64,000 nt of DNA from Camelus ferus (taxonomy: Eukaryota), in contig NC_045696.1 of assembly GCF_009834535.1 (NCBI RefSeq), positions 98,892,001 to 98,956,000 on the forward strand, read 5' to 3'. The position numbers were made by a program, and so were the translations under genes. Numbering within the stretch: position 1 is the first letter of the stretch; each line of letters begins with the position of its first letter. The notes under the pieces are model-generated. The model had not been told where the DNA came from, searched no databases, and was given only the letters and a program-made list of their open reading frames with translations. Positions 52,706-64,000 of this stretch are shown here, piece by piece.

Positions 52706-52829
52706 GGGGAAGGTATAGCTCAGTGGTACAGTGCATGCCTAGCATACACGAGGTCCCAGGTTCAATCCCAGGTGCATCCACCAAAAGTAATAAATAAATA
52801 GATGAACCTAATTACCTCTCCCATAAAAA
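52706..52829 (+). mobile_element. Camelid tRNA-derived SINE (vic-1-like)
   Basis: GGGGAAGGTATAGCTCAGTGGTACAGTGCATGCCTAGCATACACGAGGTCCCAGGTTCAATCCC, AT-rich linker, CCTAATTACCTC, A tail; degenerate TSD AAAACTTACATGTC / AAAACTTCTGTGTC. Confidence 0.95.
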
Positions 52830-53525
52830 AAAACTTCTGTGTCTTGTGTCCCCAGAATCCGTCTAACTATATAATTAATTGACTAGGTAGAAACATGCCA
52901 AATAGTTTAGTTTAATGGGTTCTATTTCCCATTTCTAAAACAGTTGTATCAAATAAAAGGAGGAAATAAACCAGCAGTTGGGTCTTTTTCCTATCAAAAA
53001 TCACCCTCTCACAGAAGCAAAAATCATTTTACTTACTTCAAATAAAAGTTTATGTGTCTGACACAGACATTGGGTTACAGAATTAGAACATAATTTGTTT
53101 TAGATTTTTTTTAAAATTTAAAAAAACAAGTGTAAATAGACAACAGGTCTTGTAAAAATGCATTTAAAAATAAAAACATAACCCAACATTTCAGTTATAT
53201 GCCATCTCCATATCATGATGATTTAAGGAAATAAAGGGAAGATGAAGGGTACAGATTAGTAAAGACAAAAATGTTAGGCATAGGAAAAAAGGAAGGGTGC
53301 AATCAAATAACTCTTACTCCAGCTTAAAACCTTCTCCTGAAAGGCCCCAGATCCCTCATAATAGGCTCAAGATTTCATGTGCCCAATCTCTCTACCACCA
53401 ACCCTTCTTTCATGGGAAGACTTTCAAGAGCAAAGACAATCTGCCCTGAAGAACAAAGGAGTCAGAGGGCCAGAGCTGAGTCCAGACGTCGCCTTTCTTA
53501 GCTTGGTAAACAAGCTTATCCTCCC

Positions 53526-54036
53526 TGGGGTGGGCAGGATAAGGCCCCTCTCCCTCAAAGATGTCTATGTCATAATCCTTGGAATTTATGGGTGTATTAG
53601 GATACATGGCACAGGAGAATTAAGGTTGCAAGCAGAATTACTTGCTAATCAGATGACCTTAAAATAGGGAAGATTATCCTGGATTATCCAGGTGGGTGCA
53701 GTGTAATCACCAGGGTCTTTAAAAGCAGAAGAAGGAATCAGAAAATAGACCCAGAGAGATGGCAATGTGAGAAGGACTTGACCCAGTACTGTTGATTTTG
53801 AAGATGGAGTTTCCACAAGTGAGAGGACGTGTGCTGTCCCTTAGAAGCTGGAAAAGGCAAGGAGATGGATTTTCCTAGAGAGCCTCCAGGAAAAGAATGC
53901 AGCTCTGCTGATACCTTGATTTTAAGCCAATGGCAATGAACTTCTGAACTACAGAACTCTAAAATAACAAATTTGTGCTGTGTTAAGTCACTATTTCTGT
54001 GGTAATTTGTTACAGCTGTCATAGAAAACTAATAAA
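53526..54036 (+). mobile_element. MLT1D-like MaLR solo LTR inserted in a MIR (about 53440-54150)
   Basis: GATTATCCTGGATTATCCAGGTGGG..TAGAAGCTGGAAAAGGCAAGG..GGTAATTTGTTACAGC; 5-bp TSD CTCCC at 53521-53525 and 54037-54041. Confidence 0.93.
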
Positions 54037-54775
54037 CTCCCAAAGCCTCATTTTTTTTCCTATAAAATGAAGATACAGAATATAACTCATTATCTCACAG
54101 AATTATTGTGGAGACAAAAACATACCATGAATGTGAAGAGAGCATTGTCAATTAGAAATACCACAAAATTTCCAGACATTATAACTCATAGGAGTATTAT
54201 TCCCTGTTGCCTTCAACGTTTCTTTAAAGACTACGCAATTGAACTGACTGCACTCTCACCTTCCGTATTTGGCATTAACTATGCTATCCTGTACTTTATG
54301 AAGACACAAGCTGGCATTTTTTGATGTACTATAATATATAACTTATGTCTGAGGATAAAGCATAAATTACAGTACAATGAGCAAAAACTCACATCTTTTG
54401 CTGGTAAATATGCCAAACTATTTTGGACTTTGAGCTAAACAAAATGGCCCTAGTTGCAATTTAAAAAAACATTGTTCACAAAGTCAGAATGCAGAATACT
54501 TCAGAAGTCAATGAAAAATGTCAGATTTTTCCAAATCTAAGCTTTTGTAAGAGCTATAAATGACAACTCTAAACTTTGTTCTTATGTGCATATGAGAATT
54601 TATGCTTTGAAAAAAATTTATTTTCATTATTGCATCTGATCCTGATACCAGTCCTGAAAAGAAAGAATGATGAATATCTTAAAATATGGAATTAATAAGA
54701 CATACCTTTTTTCTCCTCAAAGAAGCAAATGGCAGATACACGAGATCTGTACAAATGTCAGTTATTATTATCTAC

Positions 54776-55010
54776 TGGTGGTTCTCCAAGTGTGATCTGG
54801 GGGCCTTGGGGTCCCTCCCACCCTTTCAAGGAGTCTGCAAGGTCAAAACTATTTTCATAGAAATCCTGTTTAATAGCAATACTATTTAATTTTTCAGTCT
54901 TATTCTCTTGCAACCATACTGTTTCCATTTCTAATGTGGTGAGTATTGAAAGATGAAACCCACATAAGCAAAAGTTCTTTGGGATCTTTAATAATTTCTA
55001 AGAGTAAAAC
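54776..55010. mobile_element. Charlie1-derived non-autonomous hAT element
   Basis: GGTTCTCCAAGTGTGATC..CCCTTTCAAGGAGTCTGCAAGGTCAAAACTATTTTCATA and CCCACATAAGCAAAAGTTCTTTGGGATC match both recalled Charlie1 ends. Confidence 0.85.
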
Positions 55011-55729
55011 GTGGTTGCAACTTACACTGGTAAGTCAATTCTCTGGGCAAGATAAAGAGGTAGGGAAATGTGATGGCTAAAAATGTATTCTAATACAAAG
55101 GAGCTAGGAAAGAGAAATATAGCTGAAAGATTCATTAAGATTTTTCTGCAAGGTACCACGGGAAAGCTTGTGTGGGGAAATGGGGTGGGTGTGGGGGAAG
55201 AGCAGCTTACTCAATAGTACCCTTATGGCTCCAAAGATATGATACAAACTTTCCAAAAGTGCCTAATTTACTCCAGGGGAGCAGTTCACACCTCATTATG
55301 GGCCCACAATTGCAAATAAATGCACAATAATGACCAGCAACAATAATATTACAAAAATGTGTCAGGATAACAACAAAAAAACAAATTTGCGCACAGAATT
55401 ATTCCCAACCATAGAGCAACATTTGCTAATTAGTAATATCCCATATTAACTATTTAATCTAGCCACTGGAATCTTCCTAAAGATTATTCAGGACTCATTC
55501 ACTGATGATGACAGAATGAATCATCTTTGATGTATTCTCCTTTGGTTTCATTGCAACTCTCTGTCTCTTGTCAGTGAGTGGGCCCCATTGATTTCTTTTA
55601 TGAAATACCTCACAGCTGTCAATTCCTCTTTATCATTAGTCCAGATACGCAGGATCTCCCTGACAGGCTACTCTGACATGTGTTTTCCAATTTCATATAA
55701 ATAGTGACAAGGCTTCAGTGGTTCCCTAT

Positions 55730-56520
55730 TTTCACTTATTTACTTAAACTTACTATCTACCTACGACATTCCAGAAATGCCTAACAGAAATTGAGTTTTT
55801 AGGCTCTGGAGACATGGTGAGGAACAAGATGAACAAAATCCCCGCTCTCAAGAGCTTACATCCCGGTAGAGAAAGACAAATAGTAAACAGGTAAACAAAT
55901 ACATAAAATATTTTTATACGATGATTAAAAACTGGGAAGAAAATGCAGTTGGGTAATGTTACAGAGAATGATAGGGATGGTGTTTAGATCAGATACTCTG
56001 GAAGGTCCTTTTTAGGGACCTGGCATTTAAGGTGAATCCTGAATGAGGAGGAGAAAGCTGCATGGAGATGAGTGAAAAATATTAAGTCAGAGGGCATACT
56101 TACAGCTAGGCTCCTAAAGCCTATTAGTCCCCTATAATTTCCAGAAAATGGAGCACATCAGCAAGGCATGGCTGGAGCAGGAGGAGACAGGGGAGTTCTT
56201 TAAAAAGATGGGTGGGCAAAGGCAGGTCATGCAGGACTTGCAGGTCATGGTAAGGAGTCTGAGTTTTATTCTAAATTCAAAAGGGAGTTGCTAACATGTT
56301 TTGAACACGTGTGTTGTGTGGAAAAAGTCATGTAGGGGTCCAAGAGTGGAAACGGGGTGAGTAATTGGAACTCTAATAGTCCAGAAGAGAAAGGATAGTA
56401 AATCAGATAAGGTAGCAGCTGGAAAGGTGGATGACTTGGGATATATTTTGGAAGCAGAGCCTACCTGTCCTATTGATGAACTGGGTGTGAGGGTGAGTCA
56501 GATGGAAGAACTGACCATGG
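55730..56520 (-). mobile_element. L2 LINE fragment
   Basis: CAGGTCATGCAGGACTTGCAGGTCATGGTAAGGAGTCTGAGTTTTATTCTAA..GATATATTTTGGAAGCAGAGC. Confidence 0.85.
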
Positions 56521-56999
56521 CTCTTGTGGTTTCTAGAAAATGGGTCCTAAACTCATTTGTTCAGCTTCCAAGGCAAGCGTCCCCCTTTCTGTACACCCTG
56601 CGATTCCTTCCCTCTACTACAAAAGCTCCATTGCAGTAAAGCACATTTCCTCCTTATGCTTTTCACGTGCAAAACTCATCCCCACCTTTGCTCGGGAGGT
56701 TTCTGGTCTTCACTCTCCACGTTCTCTAGTGCTGACCACTCCGGCACACACTCATAGCTGTCTCTCCTTTTGAAATTCCCTCTTTCAGTATCTGTTGCTT
56801 CGTATTAGTGAGTATTGCGTCCCCACGTATGCAAGCAGTAACTTTATAGGAAGCACCATGTCTTAAATTCTTTAGACACCAGCATACCAACTAGCCACAT
56901 TTAAGAAATAAACCCTTGCTGATTAATAATGAATGTTACTAAATATAAAATTCTGTCCAAACGTTCGCCCACTAAGCCTTTGACACAACTCTCTTTGTA

Positions 57000-57900
57000 C
57001 TGCTTCTTGTTTTTCAGGCCTCAGCTCAAGTGTTCTGTCTTCTCTAACCGTGCAAGTGTAAGTGCCCACTCCCGGGGACCACTGGTCTCTTTATCATGTT
57101 TCCTTGACATGTTCTACTTCATAGCATTTATCTCTGATCTGAAGCGATCGTATTTGCCTGCTGACCTATTATCTACTCTCCTCATTAAAAAGGTCATGAG
57201 AGCAGAACTTGTCTACGTTGTCCACTCCTGCTTCCCAGCACGTACAACAGTGCCTTCCTAGAGTAGTGTATTTTCTGTCAGGCATCAGATGCTAGGAATA
57301 AAGAAGTAAACAAAACAGCAAAACTCATTGCCCTCGTGGAGTTTATATTCCAGTGGGAGAGATGACGATAAATTATAGTAGTAAATAAAATATGAAGCCT
57401 GGTAGATAGTGGTAAGTGTTAAGGAGGTGTGGTAAAAAGCAAGCCCTCGAGCAAGGTAAGGCTGACAAGATCTATGCACTGTAGAGGGAGTGTGAAAGTG
57501 TAGCAATCTTAAAATGTGCACAGAAATCCTCAATGAGCAGGTAACATCTGAGTCAAAACCTGAAGGCAGTGAGAGAGTGAGTCTTGCAGATAGCCAGGGA
57601 AGGGTGTTCCAGGCAGCGGAAACAGCAAATGTGAATTTCCTGAGGCTGGAGTGCATCAAAAGCTCTGTAGTAATGTCCCATTTTGCTAAGCGTCTGGAAG
57701 GTCATAAGCAAGGGGAAAAAGAGGTGGAAGATGTGGTCAGACAGGAAAAGTGAGGAAGATGATGGGAATAGATCATTTAGGGTCTCTTACAATAAGAAAG
57801 CAAGGGCAGAAGCAGAGAGATCTATTCAGAGCCCACTGCAGTGATACAGGGGAGAGATGATGGTAGCTCCTCATGGAAGAGTGACAGTGAGATGGGGACT
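57000..57900. mobile_element. Two L2 fragments tail-to-tail (+ about 57000-57265; - about 57270-57900)
   Basis: TCAGGCCTCAGCTCAAGTG..CCCAGCACGTACAACAGTGCC (+); TGCCCTCGTGGAGTTTATATTCCAGTGGG..GTGTTCCAGGCAG (-). Confidence 0.8.
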
Positions 57901-58220
57901 GGCTCTGGTCCTTGATAAATATCTGTTAAACCAATAAACAGTCAAAGGCTTCCCACTGAACAGTGATGGTTTACATTTTACTTAAACATATAAAGTATCT
58001 CATTTGTAAAACTGAAAAAAAAAGATATGTAGAAGGACTTCTAAAATTAGGTAGATTCTTTTAAAATCTCCGTAACTGTACACTATACTCTTGTTAATAA
58101 AAATCTATGGAATATTTATTTATAGTTAAGTTACATTTACTTTTCCAAGATGACCCAGTGGATGATTCATCTGGTTTATTTACTCTTGAGGCATACGTGT
58201 CTCTTTGAAAGTGATCCTGC

Positions 58221-58232
58221 CAAGATGGCGGC
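58221..58232 (+). promoter_or_regulatory. Exact YY1 consensus site CAAGATGGCGGC
   Basis: 12/12 match to the known YY1 consensus in apparently unique sequence; binding not demonstrated. Confidence 0.45.
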
Positions 58233-60329
58233 ACTTGTAGAAAATTCAAGAAGCATGTCTTTATAAAGAGGGAAAAACAAATTTAAAAAGCTTGAGATCT
58301 GCCACTATCCTGTCTGCTTTGAGCAGAACAGAGATGGTAAGTCTATCATTTAAAATTCTAAATTAATAGTTTTATGAAAATGAAAATCCTTATCTGCAGT
58401 AGAGGTTTGCAATTCTTTAATTTTTTTTTTAGTGTTTTCATAAGACACTTTCTAATTACCTCTTTTGGATGAGTGTTAATATATTTTCACAGTGCTACCT
58501 GGCTGGGTGTCATCTTTAGACAAAGACAGAGATAAACTCTATATTTATTAGTAGAACTGGTTTTGACTGATTCTGCAAATGAAGTGTATGTTCTGGAGCC
58601 ATCCTCAAAAAAAAATCAGAGCATGTGAAATTTCTTTTGTGTTTTTTTATAGAAATTAATTAGCTTGTTGAAATTGCCTTATCGTGCCTCTTCGAGTTGG
58701 TTTACATTCAAATCATTGTTTTCAAAAAAGAAAAATCTGTGATTAGCTGGAGTTAAAAATCTAAACAAGAGATCCCCAAGCTCCAAATCATGTAAATGGT
58801 AATATTCGTGACAGTTTACAACTTCTTTCCCCCCAGTGGGAATACCCTGTGTGGTTTATTGCAAGTCATCAAAAGCAAAATCTCAAAAATTGCAATATGG
58901 TGCCTCAGTAGCTCTCACACAAACTAGCTGAAGCTGATAGGTTACAAAAAGCCAAAAACAAACAAAAGAAAACACACAATATTTTGAAAATACATTGGCA
59001 TGCACGAATCATTCACATCCTATAGATTCAATGCTTATGTACAGCTTCAGGCAGCTTTGAAAATGCTTCAAGATACTGCACTCAGGGTAGCACATTTTGC
59101 AGTCGCCTAAAAATTCACTGGCTTTTGGTGTTGGTGCACCAATCATATTCTCTTTGGTCCACAGAGGCAACCTTGTTTACATTTCCTACAGATCTTTGGT
59201 TATATTCTGGCAGTCAGGACACTATGATGAACAGAACAGAAAAAGATGTCCTGTGTTTGTCTCTGAATTTTCATGGAAGAGATTGGATTGCCATCTCTAG
59301 CACAGTTCGTAAACAAACTTGGTCAACATCAAAGGCGATAGCATGCCAGCCTGCTGGGCCCAGATTACACACCTTGAAAGTGAATGTTACCTCAATGAAA
59401 ACTCTTCTGAAATTTAAAATCAAACAAAACTCAAAATGTCCAAATGTTTTCTTTAGAACTCAGGCATTGTGACAATGTTTTTTTTTTTTTAACAATGATT
59501 GGATGATTCACTCTATATTTATCCAATTATGTGCTATCCCTAATTTGTTTGGCACAATTTTGTTTATTCTCAGTTGTTCTCCCACATATGCTCTGGCCTT
59601 GGATATGGGAGATATCGAGTGTACTAGAAAAATAGAACTATTAATGTCACCTCTACTGCCTTTAACAGATGCTGTGCTATTCATGTTAGAACATTGGTAA
59701 ATCGTTCTTGACTGTGAGATTCACAGATCACAGCACTAGCAGAAGTAACCTCTTACAAGCATGTTAGCTGGCCCACATGAAGACAATTCTAATGAGTCCC
59801 AACTAACTCTGTTTTACACACACATACAAACACATATTTGTGCTGCAAAAATAATTGACTAACTTCAAAACAAAAAAGCAACATCAAAGTGAGAAAGATT
59901 CTGCCAAGAAATCCTGTTCACTGTGTTTATTGGTGCCCTTCAAAAAAAAAAAAAAATCCAAAGCGTATTTCTTCTACCCTGTTTTGTGCTTCTACCAAGA
60001 AAACACATCTGTGAGAATGAAAATCTCTCCTATCGAGAATCTAACAAAATCATGTTGTATATTATCCTTAATTATATATCCAACACGGTTATTTGGGAAG
60101 GATTCCAAAAGAATCTGAAAGAATTTGAGAGAAAACATCTGTCATTAGGCTGTTAAAAGTGACTCCAATTGGGCACCAGTGGTTTATTCTACGTAAATCT
60201 TCACTGCTAGTACTCCCTGATGGTAAGTTTTCAGGAATTGCATACCTAGAGTCATATCTCATCACCTCACTAGTCTGCTCCACCAAGCAGAATTCTCTGC
60301 TCCCTCACCTGTGACCTCAGAGCAACGTT

Positions 60330-60507
60330 CTCATACCTTCATTATGACAACTATATTACAAGTACACATCATGTGCGTTTCCTCAGAGAGTATGGACTTC
60401 TTGAGGGCAGGCCCATGTATTACTTATCTTTTATCCCTTGTACCTAACATCATCCCTGGCACATAGCCAATAGCCAGTATCAGTAAATGTTGAATAAATG
60501 AATGAAT
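60330..60507 (+). mobile_element. L2 3' terminus
   Basis: CTTGAGGGCAGG..CCTGGCACATAG..AGTAAATGTTGAATAAATGAATGAAT. Confidence 0.85.
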
Positions 60508-60714
60508 CTCAGCCAAAATCTGCTTTCTTAATATCTTAGTGGAAAACTCTTAGCATCTAAAAATGTGATGGTCTTGGCCAAAGGCAAATTTTCAAAATGT
60601 GATTTCCAAACAAAGAAGCTAAAACATGCTTATGCAAAAATCACAACATTTTGCAACTTTATAAAAATGATAATTTGTGCAGAAGCTCTAAAGTTTGTGG
60701 TAAATGTACTTAAA

Positions 60715-61010
60715 ATCAAATTACATAGTGATACACTGCTATCCACCTATTCGCATAGCTAGAATAAATGAGATTGACAGTGCCTACTAGGACTCCCTTG
60801 CATTGCTGGTGCAAATGCAAAATGGTACAACCACTTTAAAAAACAATTTGGCAGTTTCTTACAAAGTTTAACATGTACTTATTATGTGATGCAGAAATCC
60901 CACTCCTAGATAGCTATACAAGAGAAATGAAAATTCGTTTCCACCCAAAACTTATATACTAATGATTTAGAATGAACTTTTTTTAATCTCCCAAAACTAG
61001 AAACAATACT
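60715..61010 (+). mobile_element. L1M (MB/ME-type) ORF2 C-terminal fragment
   Basis: CATTGCTGGTGCAAATGCAAAATGGTACAACCACTTT..TTTGGCAGTTTCTTACAAAG..AATCCCACTCCTAG. Confidence 0.88.
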
Positions 61011-64000
61011 TGTTTTATTTCTCTTTATTCATCTTTAAGTTCCTAATATTTCCAGAAATAAAATTAAATAATGGTCAAATGGATTAATTAAAGTATGAAC
61101 TTGTAGTCATGAATTATTGTACAACTAAAATTCCCTGGTAGAAGCAGAAAGGATAACAAAACAACTTCCAAAGTAGACTAACTTGGCAAGAACTGACCAA
61201 AAGGAGAGTGAGGCATTGCTTCTGTCTCACAGTGAATGGCTTAGTCAAAGATTAAGAATATACAGCAGAATATCGTGTACTCACATTTGAGACCAACACA
61301 AAGCATGACCTGTGACCAGGCAAAGAACAGACACAGAAATTCAGGGCTGGAGGATGGTACGGTCTTTGTCTCTGGATTTATGTGAAATTTAGTGGAGAAC
61401 AAATAGTGAGGTTTAACATTGTCTTAATTGAGGAGAGTCTTCATTTGGAAATACGAATACAGATGCAATATATTTGGTAACATTTCCTTAGCTAATTGTC
61501 CTCATGTTTTTCCCTAGAAGGATTCAACCTCAGAGAGGCAGAGGTTTTGGTTTTGTGACAGATATCTCAAGAAAAAAACGTTAAGTTAATTACCAACCTT
61601 CATAACAGGATGTTAAAATAAGGTTCTTCTTTCTTAGTTTTAGTTGAGACCCCAAACTTAGAAAACAAATATTTTAGGTGTTGAGGAACTCCAAAATGAG
61701 GGGCTAGGCCACCTGTGCAAGATCTGCAAAATTCGATTGTTAAAAACCAGTTTTCTAATTCTTGCCTTAACACTTCCCTTGAGGATATTTACAGGAGAGG
61801 CCAAGAGAAATGACTTCCTGGTAGGAGTTTCTTTGGTGAAAATTACTGAATTTCCCCTTGCCCCCAAGGAAGGAGGGGAGATAGAAAAAATGTGAAGGGA
61901 TCACTTGCAGAGAGCTTACCATGTGTCTTCTAGAATCAGGTGGCTTTTGACCTATACGTGAGAAACTAAAAAGCTAAAAACTATGACTGGAAGTATCTGC
62001 AGAGCAGGAAAGCAAAGAGAGATGATGACATCAGGAGAAACTTTCACTGGCAGAGGCAAAGGCAAAGGCATGAGTTTCCCGTGGACCAAATGTGGACCAT
62101 GTGAGAGGACACTGGACTCAAGCCAGCCTGGAAACAACTTTCCCAAGAGAGATTCCTGGAGTGGTGATGGAGCCTCCGCAGTGATGGTCTGTGTGGAGTG
62201 GACCTCCTATGTTCTGAGGACTGAAGTTGTGAGCAGGTAGCCACATGGAAACCTCACCAGATGAGATCATTGCCATCAAAGATCTTGGCAGGATATTCTC
62301 CAAATAATCTATTCTCCAAAAGTCACCCTCGGGAAGAATCAGAATTAGGAATCTGGGCTGTCCTTCCTAAGAATAACATCATTGGATTAAACTGATGTCA
62401 TCAAATAAGAGTTTTACTGTTTCTAATTTCATCTCCTTTTCCTCACTCCGTCTGTGGAAGGATTAGAAAACCCATCTAGCAAGGGAAATAGATACAGGAT
62501 GGAGGCCTTAAGAATAAAGAACAAAGATGAAGCCAGCCATGCCCTTCCTCTCCTTGGCCCTCTGCCTAAAGCCGTACCACACTGGAAAGGGGGAGAAGCT
62601 TTAATTTTATGTGAAATTGAGTAAATTTTTAACATTATCTTGGATGGGACATTTTCATAATATCCAGGAGAACTTGTTTCTACCAAAATTGACTGTGGGA
62701 CTTACTATCTAAGAATATCCAGAAAAAGTTACAGCACTTGCTTGAGATTTCATCCAGGCAGTAAGTCTGGAGAAGAGGTTTGAAGGATTAGGGTAAGGGT
62801 GGCAGAGAGAACAGGCAGCAGGGAAAGGAGAGAGAGAATTGCATTCTGGTTGCACTCTGTGGATTTTCCTTCTTTCAAGGTGCAAGTTATTAAAGGAAGA
62901 TCCAGTTGGAAGGTCATCATTCATAAGATCTAAAATTCCAATTTCATCTCTCCTTATCTTTCTGTAAAACATGTTTGCTGATAAGCATCCTTCTTTACTA
63001 AAGTACATAAGGTGGAAAGAACAGATATTGACTCCATTGAGGTGCATTTGGGGAGGTAGGAATCACTGCCTGGAGAGCTCCAGGCTCTCGATGTTCACGC
63101 TCCTGAACAGGAAAATACGATTATATCAGAATGACCTAAATTGTCAAGTGGAGACTGTGCTCGTGATCGTTTGAAATAACCGAACACAACTTTGTGTTTA
63201 CTTTTTCACACCGAAGCAAGAAATCTGAAAGTTCATGTTCCCTTTCTGTACTGTTGCATGATTTCAGTGATATTTATTTTACCCTCCTTCAGGCCTCCAG
63301 TGCCTTCCTATCCCTGATCCAGAGAAACTAGAAGGGAACTAGTAAAGCTTTGTAACTCTTTCAATTAGCAAAACAAAGCATTTAAGCCCTTTATCTCTAC
63401 TACTGAAACTGTGAACTCTGGCCTTTAAAAAACATTTTTTTTTTTTCCTGGAAAACAATTGAGAAGGGAGAAATCACTTGGGGAGGGTTCAGTGGAACCC
63501 TCTTATTGCCCCTAAAACTTAAAAAATGCCTAACGTTGGCCCTGAAAGAAAAACTATTTTTGACATTTTATAGTGCATAAAAAGTCTAGGTTAGGGAAAC
63601 AGAAATTCAAACCATCGTATTTCTCACATATGTCTGATTAGTTTGCTAGTATTAATTTCATTTTCTTGTGGTCCTAGGATCATGTTTCATATTTTCTTAC
63701 TACAGTTCTTGGAGCTTCCTTTGTTCCACAAATCTTTATGGAATAAATGTTATGTTACAAGCACTATTTTGGACATTGGTATGCATAGGTAATGGGCTCT
63801 GGCACTAAAGACACTATGAATAATTAAAAAGCACCTATTTTTAGGTTTTGTCTCCCAGTCTAGTGTAGAACTCTCTGCTACCAAGACTCTCCAGTGGGTT
63901 CAGCCTGATTTTAGGTCAGCTTTGAACCTCAAGGTCCTTTACCGGTAACTTCATTCAAGGACGAATCCCAGGTGAGTCAAAGAACTTAAGGCTGGATTGC

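Noticed and set aside
52706..52780. tRNA-Ala-like gene
   Set aside because: It is a SINE head: followed by the family linker and A tail, flanked by a degenerate TSD, with four diverged copies in the window
63063..63115. Possible minus-strand terminal exon (SVNIESLELSRQ*)
   Set aside because: Peptide not recognised and any upstream exon would lie outside the window; cannot be supported
1..64000. Supplied six-frame ORFs (60-125 aa) as genes
   Set aside because: All are short; many start at non-ATG codons or lie in microsatellites or repeats; none resembles a host protein I recognise
1..64000. Prokaryotic-type systems (CRISPR arrays, operons, defence islands, rRNA) or a novel multi-gene system
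   Set aside because: No regularly spaced repeat-spacer array and no gene-dense region; the sequence is mammalian repeat-rich DNA

Overview
AT-rich, CpG-depleted mammalian genomic DNA, intergenic or deep-intronic in character and dominated by interspersed repeats. It is almost certainly camelid (camel/alpaca/llama), judged from five vic-1-type tRNA-derived SINEs and the young L1 3' UTR type. I recognise no intact protein-coding gene; the supplied ORFs are short chance frames or decayed transposon fragments. The only host-gene-derived sequence I can identify is a disabled, intronless CNIH4 processed pseudogene (~36.6-37.2 kb, +). Other content: hAT/Charlie, Tigger and mariner DNA-transposon fossils, MaLR/ERVL/ERV1 solo LTRs, old and young L1, L2, MIR and microsatellites. 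I found no previously undescribed biological system. The most notable items are mechanistic fossils (a 193-bp L1 with inversion plus apparent 3' transduction, an LTR fold-back duplication, a tail-less internal L1 fragment) and a few CpG-retaining unique segments that may be unannotated exons or cis-regulatory elements. Repeat subfamily names come from recalled consensus similarity, not a database search, and boundaries of old repeats are approximate.
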